Below are positions 43,785-53,344 of a stretch of 64,000 nt of DNA, in pieces. The notes under the pieces were generated by a model that saw only the letters and a list, made by a program, of their open reading frames with translations, was not told the origin of the DNA and did not search any database. Source of the DNA: Thermodesulfobacteriota bacterium. GTDB taxonomy: Bacteria > Desulfobacterota_D > UBA1144 > Nemesobacterales > UBA2774. Position numbers and translations under genes: made by a program. The stretch is taken from NCBI GenBank assembly GCA_963422265.1, contig OY729416.1:1280001-1344000 (forward strand), given 5' to 3'. Every line of letters begins with the position of its first letter. The stretch's first letter is position 1.

Positions 43785-46569
43785 CGCTCAACCTCCTGAG
43801 CATGTCTATATCGACTTTGTGCGTACTGCGGCGGCGCTTGTCGATAGGGATGGCTCGACGTGCTGCGTCCGCATTGGTCAGGCCCGCAGCGTGAATCTCG
43901 CCGCGGCTGAATCCCTTGCCTGGTCGCCAGCCTCCACCTGCGCGTTTGACGCGGGCGGACGCTTTTCCTCTAGGCGGCAGTGAAGGGAAAACGATCACGG
44001 TGACGGCTTGCGTCATGTCGTCCAGGCCGGAAGCCTTCAGCCTCAGCGTATAGGTTGTGGTCTCCAACGGCGCGACCATCCGGCTGCCGCTCGTTTCGAC
44101 TTTGCCTATATCAGGATCAATCACCATGCCATCTGTCTCCGCATTCCGCGTCTCCCAGCGCAATGTCGCCTGCTCCCCAGCAGTGACCGCCGTCGGTTCA
44201 TTCGTAAAGGAAACGATCGTCGGCGCAGGGTCAGCAGAAACCCGGATGAGCGTCATCGTGGCTCCGCCACATTCAACGCTGAGCAAGGCATCCTCATTCA
44301 GTCGCTGGTCGACCTGTGTATAGTCGACGAAATGGGTCAGGGGGATATTGGTGTCGTCTCCCTTATTTTGGGGGCTGTACGTTCGATCCAACTCATTGTC
44401 GAACCCTACCTTCACAGAACTGATGCGCGGCGGCGTACGCAACTGAAGTGCTCCATCTGCATAGGCCTGCTCACGAAACTCTTGCCGCGTCATCACTATG
44501 GGCGTGTCGCACCACTCCCTGAATTCGCTTGCATCTCGCTCCATACGCCACCAGGCACGCGGCAGATTCAGTACGATTTCGACACGGCCAGTAGCGGACT
44601 CCAACGCGCACGATACGGCATGTTCGTCCGGATGCGGCGCGACGATGACAGTGCCTTCCGGTCGCACGGTTGCGTGGGTTCCATCGGCAGTGAGGATCGG
44701 ACGAATAAGGGCGCTATCAGCACCGACGAATCGCACCTCCGTCGGAGGATGACCTGTCGGGGACGGGATCAGCAGCGTATCCAGAGAATATGGCTCGTTA
44801 TTGACGCGGATTTCTCGGAGATCTGCGAAGTAACGAAACTCATCGCTATCCAGTAACTTCACTTCACCGCCGTAAACGCGGATGAAGAACCGTCCCTGAC
44901 GGCCATTCAGAACCTCTGTAAGGGTACGCTCAGCCAACTTGAAGTTCTCGCCCTTCCAGCCATTTTGTTTTTCCTCGCCGACCCGCACCCAGATGATGTT
45001 TTTCGGCACCTTCAGTTTTGGCACGTCGCCGACAAACAGATCACCGTCTTCAGATTCGTCAAAGACACGCTTACCTTTCAGTTCGAAGCCGGATTGAGTC
45101 AACGCAGCTGGGCACTTCTCGAAGTCTCCAATGGTTTCCGCCGACTCTGTCCCGTCCCGAAAAAAGTAGTGCACCATAAAATCTGTATCCGTGCAACCTT
45201 CCGGCTCAATGGGAGCATTTCCCTTGCGCGTCCACTCTTGCGGTGCAATGACGATGAAGTATCCTTTCGTGATACCGCTGATCCTACGGCCATCGCCGGT
45301 CCAGTTATTCCGTAGCTTGAAGATCAGAGGTTGATCGTCGAACAATGAGAGCTCGTATGGTTCATTCTCCTCGAAAACCATGGACAGACTGCCGGCAAAC
45401 GACGCGAGACGACTCTCTCCATTCACGATTTCCAAAGATTTTCCGTTGTGCCGTACTTCCCTGATTCGGCATTCATCATTCGCGACCAGCACAACCTCCC
45501 ACTGACACGAACCAGTCGGTTTTTTGCAAACCAACTCTGGCCGGGGGATGAAGGATCCCTTGTTTCCGGAATCCCCACTGAGCGACGAGGGCTGTGATTG
45601 ACGGCCCCGCATCCCGCCGTGCCGGCGAGGTGTTTTAGAGTGAGCGTCTTTGCTGACTACACCATTTGCAGTAGAATCCTCTCCCGAGTCCGCACTGTCG
45701 CTCGCACTGCTACTATGTGTGCTTTCATGATCTTCTACAGGTTGTATGTCAAGTCTATCTGAGTCCTGAGCTTTGCCTTCCGTTGAATTAAAAGGGGAAC
45801 TATCTGACTTATTATTGTTCGAAGTAATCGACTTTACAGGTTTAGAATCTTCAAGACTTCCGCCGCCACCTTTGTAATCAAGCGATTCAATTATTTCTTC
45901 ACTAGAGCCCGGTTTATCTACAGGTGTTTCAGGCAGCTTGCCCTGATTTCCAGTTGCGTAGAAAGTATCAGACGTAGATTTGTATTCGTACGGACTAGAA
46001 TCTAGCTTCCCTGAATAACCACCTGACAACTCTGCACTCCAAGCTTCTTCTTTAGGCGGAGCTATAAGTATCGTTTCTGAGGTTTCACTGCTTGTAGCAT
46101 CCGACTCAATGTGAACTTGGTCGAACCAGTAGTCAGCATTACCCTCGGCTAACACTATGTCATTAGACATCAGCGAGCTTGGATCAATCATCAGACTCGG
46201 CAAAGAGTTATCCTGTCCATCTACATCACCGTGATTCTTTCTATCATCCTTATTATCAAACCTACTTGATATAGTTTTGTCCGAAAGACTATCTGATGAT
46301 TCTGTGCTTGAATTTGCGTCCGCCGCATTGTGTGCTACTGTTGGGAAGCCGCTCTCTCCAAGTCCATCCATCATATCGGATTCGCGCTGCACTGTTGAAT
46401 TGTATGTACCGTCCAGATTAGGACCCCTTTGTGCAATTTCTGCTGGTTCTCTCGCTGATCCCTGGGGCACAGAGGATGGATTGCGACTTCTTTCACCATT
46501 GTCCGAGGTCATAACCCGAGGGCACAAGTGCACAAATAGACGTCGTAACCAGTAAACGAACCTCTTCAT
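43777..46569 (-). CDS. 930-aa multidomain protein: disordered N-terminus, beta-rich core, Ig-like domain, C-terminal ribosomal eL13 (L13e)-like domain
   Basis: Long ORF overlapping the helicase start by 8 nt; ends WRPGKGFSRGEIHAAGLTNADAARRAIPIDKRRRSTHKVDIDMLRRL. Confidence 0.8.
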   Translation of the reverse strand: MKRFVYWLRRLFVHLCPRVMTSDNGERSRNPSSVPQGSAREPAEIAQRGPNLDGTYNSTVQRESDMMDGLGESGFPTVAHNAADANSSTESSDSLSDKTISSRFDNKDDRKNHGDVDGQDNSLPSLMIDPSSLMSNDIVLAEGNADYWFDQVHIESDATSSETSETILIAPPKEEAWSAELSGGYSGKLDSSPYEYKSTSDTFYATGNQGKLPETPVDKPGSSEEIIESLDYKGGGGSLEDSKPVKSITSNNNKSDSSPFNSTEGKAQDSDRLDIQPVEDHESTHSSSASDSADSGEDSTANGVVSKDAHSKTPRRHGGMRGRQSQPSSLSGDSGNKGSFIPRPELVCKKPTGSCQWEVVLVANDECRIREVRHNGKSLEIVNGESRLASFAGSLSMVFEENEPYELSLFDDQPLIFKLRNNWTGDGRRISGITKGYFIVIAPQEWTRKGNAPIEPEGCTDTDFMVHYFFRDGTESAETIGDFEKCPAALTQSGFELKGKRVFDESEDGDLFVGDVPKLKVPKNIIWVRVGEEKQNGWKGENFKLAERTLTEVLNGRQGRFFIRVYGGEVKLLDSDEFRYFADLREIRVNNEPYSLDTLLIPSPTGHPPTEVRFVGADSALIRPILTADGTHATVRPEGTVIVAPHPDEHAVSCALESATGRVEIVLNLPRAWWRMERDASEFREWCDTPIVMTRQEFREQAYADGALQLRTPPRISSVKVGFDNELDRTYSPQNKGDDTNIPLTHFVDYTQVDQRLNEDALLSVECGGATMTLIRVSADPAPTIVSFTNEPTAVTAGEQATLRWETRNAETDGMVIDPDIGKVETSGSRMVAPLETTTYTLRLKASGLDDMTQAVTVIVFPSLPPRGKASARVKRAGGGWRPGKGFSRGEIHAAGLTNADAARRAIPIDKRRRSTHKVDIDMLRRLSDA

Positions 46570-46632
46570 CCAAACTGTCTCCTAAACCCTATATTACCAA
46601 ACCTTCTTGCTAATTATATTGGTAATCCATAT

Positions 46633-48393
46633 TCACCCCTTATAAAGATTCGTAATTGGAAATCTGCGGTCTCTACCGAAAGCCCTTTCAGTTATTTTTA
46701 TTCCAGGTGGAGCCTGCCTTCGTTTGTATTCATTTTGATCCACCATTTTCACCACTCTCTTTACTAAATTTTTCTCAAATCCGAGGGAAACAATTTCCTT
46801 AAGATTAAGATCATCTTCTACATACGCTTTTAATACTGGATCTAAGACTTCATAAGGGGGAAGAAGGTCAGTATCTAACTGATCGGGCTTAAGCTCGGCG
46901 GAAGGGGGTTTAGTTATTATAGAGTAAGGTATAATTTCCTCGCTTTTCCAATTATTATAAAACCGAGAAAGACGATAAACCATCGTCTTGGGCACGTCCT
47001 TGATAACGGCGAACCCTCCAGCCATGTCTCCGTAAATAGTGCAGTAGCCAACGCTCATTTCACTCTTATTCCCCGTAGTAAGGACTAGCCAGCCGAACTT
47101 ATTAGAAAGCGCCATTAGGATATTTCCCCTAACCCTAGCCTGAAGGTTCTCTTCGGTGATATCCGGCTTTGATCTGGAGAAAGCACCGCTGAGGGAATCA
47201 AGATAAGAATTGAAGATTTGTCCAATAGGAATTTTGATAAGTTCTATCCCCAATTTCTTTGATAATTTTTCAGCATCGTAGACGCTGCCTTTAGAGCTAT
47301 ATTGAGAGGACATCGAGACCACCATGACGTTCTCACGTCCTAGTGCTTCAACTGCAATCACGGCAACCAACGCAGAATCTATACCCCCGCTAAGGCCTAT
47401 CGCCGCTTTCTTGAATCCGTTTTTGCTAACGTAATCCCTAGTTCCTAACACAAGGGCTCTAAAAATTTCTTCTTCTTCACCCTTAAACTCGGTTACTTTA
47501 TTCCCAATACTAGGCTTTCGGCTCTTCATCCTTTTATTCAGACGCTCCTGATCCATCACCAACTCTACTAAGCGGACTTGTTCAGAATTAGGTCTAATAG
47601 ATAGTCGAGTCCGTCTCCTTTGCGGATCGTTAACGCGGGAGCGGGACACCCTGCCAACATTCAAGTCCACCACTAGAAGCTCCTCTTCAAACCCTTCTGC
47701 TCTTGCTTGAATTTCTCCCGACTCATCAATTACAACGCTGTGTCCGTCGAAAACTAACTCATCCTGCCCCCCGATAAGATTACAAAAAGCCACTATTACC
47801 GAGTAATCTCTAGCTCTTGAAGCAAGCATTCGCTCCCTTGCCTTTACCTTCGAAGAGTAATAAGGTGAAGAAGAGATATTAATTATTAGCTGAGCGTCCC
47901 CCAATAGAGACTGTTTTCTTATAGGATCGCCCGGATGCCAGATATCCTCGCAGATATTGACTCCAAAAGTAAGCCCGCCTAGCTTATATACTGAACTATC
48001 TGTGGCTGACTGAAAGTACCTATGTTCATCAAACACTCCGTAATTGGGAAGACGAGACTTTCTATATACGTCAACCAGCTCTTTATTGTGTAAGATAGCC
48101 GCCGCATTGTATATGTATTCTCTGCGATCCGCAAAGCCTAAAACAACCGTAATGCCGCTGCAAGCTCCCTTTATTTCACCTAAAGCAACCAGATTGTCAT
48201 CTACAAACTTAGGTTTTAAAAGGAGATCCTCAGGTGGATAACCTGTAATGGTAAGCTCAGGAAAACATAATATATCAACGCCGACGTCCTTACCAAACTC
48301 TATATACCTTAGAATTTTCCCCTGATTCCCTCTTATATCCCCTACACAAAGATTAACTTGCACTAGCCCTATTCTTACGCTATCCATCCGCAT
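46633..48393 (-). CDS. nadE: Glutamine-dependent NAD+ synthetase
   Basis: Nitrilase domain (FPEL..TGYPPEDL, LPNYGVFDE, ICEDIW) plus GLSGGIDS, ENLQARVR, TGNKSE, PPSAEL. Confidence 0.97.
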   Translation of the reverse strand: MRMDSVRIGLVQVNLCVGDIRGNQGKILRYIEFGKDVGVDILCFPELTITGYPPEDLLLKPKFVDDNLVALGEIKGACSGITVVLGFADRREYIYNAAAILHNKELVDVYRKSRLPNYGVFDEHRYFQSATDSSVYKLGGLTFGVNICEDIWHPGDPIRKQSLLGDAQLIINISSSPYYSSKVKARERMLASRARDYSVIVAFCNLIGGQDELVFDGHSVVIDESGEIQARAEGFEEELLVVDLNVGRVSRSRVNDPQRRRTRLSIRPNSEQVRLVELVMDQERLNKRMKSRKPSIGNKVTEFKGEEEEIFRALVLGTRDYVSKNGFKKAAIGLSGGIDSALVAVIAVEALGRENVMVVSMSSQYSSKGSVYDAEKLSKKLGIELIKIPIGQIFNSYLDSLSGAFSRSKPDITEENLQARVRGNILMALSNKFGWLVLTTGNKSEMSVGYCTIYGDMAGGFAVIKDVPKTMVYRLSRFYNNWKSEEIIPYSIITKPPSAELKPDQLDTDLLPPYEVLDPVLKAYVEDDLNLKEIVSLGFEKNLVKRVVKMVDQNEYKRRQAPPGIKITERAFGRDRRFPITNLYKG

Positions 48394-48471
48394 ACGGATT
48401 ATAATACTTAACTACATGAAATAGCTACAATAGAACAAACTATTGTGATGCTTACCAGTTAGAATGCCTGA

Positions 48472-49128
48472 CTAAGATAATATGAGAGCAATATGAACAA
48501 TATTGGCAAAGAAATGAAAAAGCACGCTTGCCCAAAGGGTACCAGAAACAACGTAGAGATAACCCATGACAAGAGAAGGAAAGAAGGTTAGAGCCGCCTG
48601 GATACATACCGATAAGCTACGATCACCACCTATACATAACGTAACTAAATGAGCTAAGGCAAATAGAAAACTGACAATTATTACCCCCCTCACATTGTTT
48701 CCAATTTTCCGTTGTAGATAACCGCGAAAAAAAATCTCCTCAGGAAGGGCTATAAGCAGAAGCTGCATCAATATGAAAGAATAGGACAATTGACGAATGG
48801 ATACAGACTTCTCAGCAAACATGGCATAGCATGCGAATACTATAAAATAAGCAAAGAGAATAACCGCCGATACACATAACCCCATTAGCACACCCCTTAA
48901 ACTCCACTTTAGATCAACTACACGACCATTCATGATCAAAGGCATCAACAACATTAACGTTGCTGAGATTAATACCGTATATTCATCCCACGGAAGGAAG
49001 AATCTCATTAGCAAAATAGTGAGCACTAAGAGCATATAAACTATTAGAGGTAGTAAGCGATCTAGGGATAAATAATAGCGCCTTTTCATTTTATAGTCCT
49101 CTATGGAAACGGTTGATAGATTTCCCAC
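48472..49128 (-). CDS. CPBP family intramembrane glutamic endopeptidase
   Basis: LPEEIFFRGYLQ, FALAH, HFFAN; multiple TM helices. Confidence 0.88.
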   Translation of the reverse strand: MGNLSTVSIEDYKMKRRYYLSLDRLLPLIVYMLLVLTILLMRFFLPWDEYTVLISATLMLLMPLIMNGRVVDLKWSLRGVLMGLCVSAVILFAYFIVFACYAMFAEKSVSIRQLSYSFILMQLLLIALPEEIFFRGYLQRKIGNNVRGVIIVSFLFALAHLVTLCIGGDRSLSVCIQAALTFFPSLVMGYLYVVSGTLWASVLFHFFANIVHIALILS

Positions 49129-49137
49129 ACAACAAAT

Positions 49138-49758
49138 CTACTTTTTGAAAACTAAGAACTTATAGCCTGTAAAGTCCCATATCACTAATATAGCTAAAGA
49201 GGTGAATGCGCCTATATTTGCCCATAAGACTGGCGACATGCCCTTGGCTGGTTCTATAAAGTTAACGATTAGAGAAGCAACTGAAACATTTATAACGAAA
49301 CCACCCCCCGCAACCATTAAAAACCTAAAAAATTGCTTGCCCATACCCCTGGTTTCCCAGCTTTCAAACGTCCAAAATTTATTCCAGACGTAGCTGTTCG
49401 CGGTAGCGCATAGAAATGAAACTGACTTAAAAACTGAAAATAAAAGCCCCTTATCCACATCGGATACGAATATTAATAGGTTAAGCACAGCGAAGTCTAT
49501 AGAGGTATTAGATAATCCAATTGGAGCAAATTTTCCGAGTTGAAATAACACGCGGCGTTTTCTTCCAAATCTGTAAACGGCACTAATCCATAACACAATT
49601 ATAAGTGGTACCGATATGATAGGAGCTAGCCAGACTATGTATATAGAAGGACTATGAGTCAATAAACCAGGATTAAACACACTTAACATAAACGCACCGG
49701 AGATTGCGATTATCAAACCAATTACTACTGAGTTTATTAAGTCTGAACGTTTCAACAA
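49138..49758 (-). CDS. GtrA family membrane protein
   Basis: KFAPIGLSNTSIDF, NSYVWNKFWTF, YKFLVFK. Confidence 0.85.
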   Translation of the reverse strand: MLKRSDLINSVVIGLIIAISGAFMLSVFNPGLLTHSPSIYIVWLAPIISVPLIIVLWISAVYRFGRKRRVLFQLGKFAPIGLSNTSIDFAVLNLLIFVSDVDKGLLFSVFKSVSFLCATANSYVWNKFWTFESWETRGMGKQFFRFLMVAGGGFVINVSVASLIVNFIEPAKGMSPVLWANIGAFTSLAILVIWDFTGYKFLVFKK

Positions 49759-49918
49759 ATTTATCCTTCAGAACAATGAGATAGAGCGTAAGGCAGATAG
49801 CAAATGACTTTCGCCTCTGACAAGAACCTTAAATCATAAAGTCACGGTTCAACTAGCTTGGAGATTATAAATCAAAAAACCTAATATTTGCCGTCAAAAG
49901 CTGATAAAACAAAAGTAT

Positions 49919-51049
49919 TCACAAATTCAATACCGTGATTAGTCCTAGAGTCTTTAATACAAGCTCTCCCATATTCATCCTTTCCTCTAACTTATTTAAT
50001 TCTCTTGAATCCGCTCTTGTTCTAGGATTGGGAGAAACTATGGAACAACAGTCCTTATAAGCATCAACTGAGGCTTCATAAGTGCCAATTCTTTTAGCCA
50101 AATCAACAATTTCCTGCTTATCATACGCTATTAGAGGCTGGAAAATAGGCAATTTCGCAGCGCTGTTAACCTGAGCTAGGTTTTCCATAGTTTGTGAAGC
50201 TACCTGCCCTAGGCTATCGCCCGTTACAAGGGCTTTAGAATGGGACCTTAAAGCAATCATCTGTGCTATTCTGACCATAAATCTTCTGAACAGCATCACT
50301 TCATAACCTTTATTACTTGCAATTCTAAGAGTCTCAATCTCAAAAGGATAATATGGAACCAAATAAATGGACGACCGCCCCTGGTAAGAATCTAAACGCC
50401 TCAATAAATTACACATCTTTGTCCCTTTAACTAGCTCATTTCTGCTGAATACGTGAAAATGAATAAAATCAACCCTGCAGCCCCTCTTCATCATCAAGTA
50501 GGAGGCCACGGGTGAGTCTATACCCCCGGATAGAAGAGATAGAACCTTACCGCTTACGTCCACCGGAAGACCTTTTAATCCCTGAATTTTGTCAAAATAC
50601 AAGTAAGCCGCATCGGAGATTTCTATAAAAACGCTCAAGGATGAATTCTTTAAATTGACGGGTAACTGAAACTTCTCGGATATGGCGCTTCCGATCCTCT
50701 CAGCGGTTTGCATTGACGTAAGCGAGAATCTCTTATCCGCTCTTCTGACAAAAACCCCAAATTCGGGTTTGCCATTGAGTCTATCAGCGAGCTTGCTAAG
50801 CACTAGTCTTTCTATAGATTCGTAATCTTTATTAGTTCTATAAGCCTCTGCAAACCACGATATTCCAAATATATTCTTCAAATAACGGGCATCGCCGTTC
50901 TCTAGGATAAAGTAACCTCTATACTTCCTTACGGTACCGCCGGCAGTCCTTTCAATATTACCTTTAAGTCTATTTTCGAATAGTACCCTGTTCCTACCTT
51001 TAAGCGACAACTCTCCATAGTGTACAAGGCTAACGGTTTTGCAAGACAT
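49919..51049 (-). CDS. thiI: tRNA 4-thiouridine synthase ThiI (short form without rhodanese domain)
   Basis: YGELSLKGRNR, THUMP, LLSGGIDSPVA, GDSLGQVASQT, DCC. Confidence 0.95.
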   Translation of the reverse strand: MSCKTVSLVHYGELSLKGRNRVLFENRLKGNIERTAGGTVRKYRGYFILENGDARYLKNIFGISWFAEAYRTNKDYESIERLVLSKLADRLNGKPEFGVFVRRADKRFSLTSMQTAERIGSAISEKFQLPVNLKNSSLSVFIEISDAAYLYFDKIQGLKGLPVDVSGKVLSLLSGGIDSPVASYLMMKRGCRVDFIHFHVFSRNELVKGTKMCNLLRRLDSYQGRSSIYLVPYYPFEIETLRIASNKGYEVMLFRRFMVRIAQMIALRSHSKALVTGDSLGQVASQTMENLAQVNSAAKLPIFQPLIAYDKQEIVDLAKRIGTYEASVDAYKDCCSIVSPNPRTRADSRELNKLEERMNMGELVLKTLGLITVLNL

Positions 51050-51148
51050 AGTTTGGATTTAGGCTCACTATTCGTTAGGATTTTGGTTGAGTATGGTAAA
51101 TACGGATTAAATAAAAGCAAGTTTGTAACTTAATATCTTAATAAGATA

Positions 51149-51237
51149 GCCGAAGTGGCGGAACTTGGCAGACGCGCTGGATTCAGGATCCAGTGAGCGG
51201 TAAGCTCGTGGGGGTTCAAATCCCCCCTTCGGCACCA
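51149..51237 (+). tRNA. tRNA-Leu (anticodon CAG)
   Basis: Acceptor GCCGAAG/CTTCGGC plus ACCA; anticodon arm CTGGA-TTCAGGA-TCCAG; long variable arm; GGTTCAAATCC T-loop. Confidence 0.96.
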
Positions 51238-51246
51238 GATTCAACA

Positions 51247-51834
51247 ATGAAAGAGCCAAAACCAAATATGACAATTACCGGTTCAGGCAGGAGAAGGGCT
51301 AGGAGTATTGACTTAGGACACCTTCTACTCTTAATCTTTGTATTAGCAATCGGTTTTTACGCCGGTAGTAGATATGAAGAAATCAACGTTTATCTCAACG
51401 ACTTAAATATAATAGATACCGACACACGCAGCCAAGAAGGCATCAAGCCTACCGCTGACAGAGATATTGAGTTGAAAAAACCAATTAGCTCTACGAAAGA
51501 GATTTCTCAAAATACCAGTGAAGACAGATCAACCTCTGATGACGCAGTGAAATATGTAATTGGTAAAGAGGGAAAAACTTTTGATACCTACACGCTCCAA
51601 GTTGTGGCATTCACTAAACCCAAAGAAGCTCAACAGGCAGTGGGGATATACCGAAACAAAGGTTACGATGCTTATACTATTGAGCATGAGAACTCGAGGG
51701 GAGAAGTCTGGAACTTGGTAAGAATTGGCAAATTTGAAACGAGAACCAAAGCCCTCTTACACGCGAGGCACTTTATAAATAGCGAAGGACAAGAGGTTCT
51801 GATCGATACATACTATCTTAAGGTGAAAAATTAA
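51247..51834 (+). CDS. SPOR-domain membrane-anchored protein
   Basis: One TM helix, linker, YTLQVVAF...GYDAY...WNLVRIGKF; start moved downstream of the tRNA. Confidence 0.85.
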   Translation: MKEPKPNMTITGSGRRRARSIDLGHLLLLIFVLAIGFYAGSRYEEINVYLNDLNIIDTDTRSQEGIKPTADRDIELKKPISSTKEISQNTSEDRSTSDDAVKYVIGKEGKTFDTYTLQVVAFTKPKEAQQAVGIYRNKGYDAYTIEHENSRGEVWNLVRIGKFETRTKALLHARHFINSEGQEVLIDTYYLKVKN

Positions 51835-52047
51835 GTGAATTTGATTTCTCTCGTCTAAGTGTTTTGTTAGCTTCTGCGTATGCATACATACAAGCCAACG
51901 TTATAATCCCACAGCTAGCCTAGTATTATACCATTTGAATTTTTTGCAAATGCGAAGAAAATCCTTGACACTATTACATGGAACTCTTATATTTGTGAAG
52001 CTACATTAAATAATTAGTCTAAAATACTCTACTATAAAGGTGTATGG

Positions 52048-53256
52048 ATGCAATCAGGAAAATATGGAGAAGGAGAGCAACTATCTTCTGAAATGGAAGG
52101 GATTGAGGGCTTTCAAGCACAAGGTGAAAATAAGTTTTCACCCATTGGCATGGTGAATAATGTGATTGAAGGTGAGCGTGCAGATTTTAGATTTCATATA
52201 AAGGACAGCACCTCAATTGAAGTTAAGCAAGAACAAAAGGACGAGTGGACACCGGATGAGCAGTTTAGGCTTTTACACGTATATTTTAAGGACATGTCTA
52301 TAGAGCCTCTCCTGACAGCTAAGGAAGAGATAGAAATATCGGCTCAAATTAAAAAATGCGAAGTAAAATCCATGGAACTCGCTTCACATATTGACAAGAT
52401 CAAAAAGAGAAAAGACGGTCTTGCTAAACAGTTCAGAAACGGCAAAGCAAATAGTGAAATAAGTGAAAATCAACTGACTAAAAGAATTGATAGCTTGAGG
52501 CTTTTTATAACAATATTCTTAGAACACTCTTACAAATTGAAAGAGAGGTTCGTCAAAGCCAACCTAAGGTTGGTGGTAAGCATCTCGAAAAGATACATGG
52601 GCAGAGGGCTTCCGCTTACTGATCTAATACAAGAGGGTAACGTTGGACTAATGAGGGCAGTAGAAAGATTTGACCATACTAAGGGATATAAGTTCTCTAC
52701 ATACGCCTCATGGTGGATTCATCAAGCGATATCCAGAGCTCTTCTTGATCAGACTAGGACTATTAGAGTGCCCGTTTACGTTCTTGAGCAGGCAAGCAAA
52801 GTCTATAGAGTAAACTCCATGCTTAGCAAGGAAATGGGCAGGAAACCATTGCCTCAGGAAGTTGCAGAAGTTACAGGAGTTTCGGTTGAAGGCGTTAAGA
52901 GAATTCTTGAGTCCACAAACGACGTCGCTCGTTTAGACATGCCTATTCTCGATGGCGAAAAAACAACGCTACTTGACTTTATATCTGATGAAGATTCCCC
53001 CGAGGCTGACTCCGTAATGGCAAGCACAGCTCTTACTCAGGAGATTAGAGATGCCCTTAACGTGCTTAACTCCAGAGAAGAGGAAATTATTCGCCTCCGT
53101 TTTGGTATAGATCAGGACAGCACATATACGCTAGATGAGATTGGGAGAAGGTTTGATCTCACTAGAGAGCGTATTAGGCAGATTGAGAAAAGGGCTCTTG
53201 AAAAGTTGGCTTCGGCTGATACTGGCGACGTATTGAGAAGCTTCCTCTATAAATAG
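52048..53256 (+). CDS. Sigma-70 family factor, RpoD/SigA-like (probably a group 2 paralogue)
   Basis: Region 1.2, [44 protein letters not shown]. Confidence 0.93.
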   Translation: MQSGKYGEGEQLSSEMEGIEGFQAQGENKFSPIGMVNNVIEGERADFRFHIKDSTSIEVKQEQKDEWTPDEQFRLLHVYFKDMSIEPLLTAKEEIEISAQIKKCEVKSMELASHIDKIKKRKDGLAKQFRNGKANSEISENQLTKRIDSLRLFITIFLEHSYKLKERFVKANLRLVVSISKRYMGRGLPLTDLIQEGNVGLMRAVERFDHTKGYKFSTYASWWIHQAISRALLDQTRTIRVPVYVLEQASKVYRVNSMLSKEMGRKPLPQEVAEVTGVSVEGVKRILESTNDVARLDMPILDGEKTTLLDFISDEDSPEADSVMASTALTQEIRDALNVLNSREEEIIRLRFGIDQDSTYTLDEIGRRFDLTRERIRQIEKRALEKLASADTGDVLRSFLYK

Positions 53257-53344
53257 CTACAACCGGCTTTACTAAGATGGTTTGGGGGGCTTGCCGGACT
53301 ACCGAATATCTACAAACGCCATCTCCAGCTTGCAAAAAGACACG

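Noticed and set aside
39590-46555. Many overlapping 60-280 aa ORFs within the helicase cassette
   Set aside because: Shadow ORFs expected in GC-rich DNA opposite two long, motif-bearing genes
51149-51237. tRNA-Leu as an integration site for the foreign blocks
   Set aside because: No duplicated tRNA 3' end or integrase seen, and the flanking genes are housekeeping
51193-51246. ORF-track N-terminal extension of the SPOR protein
   Set aside because: Overlaps the tRNA gene; the ATG at 51247 is more plausible
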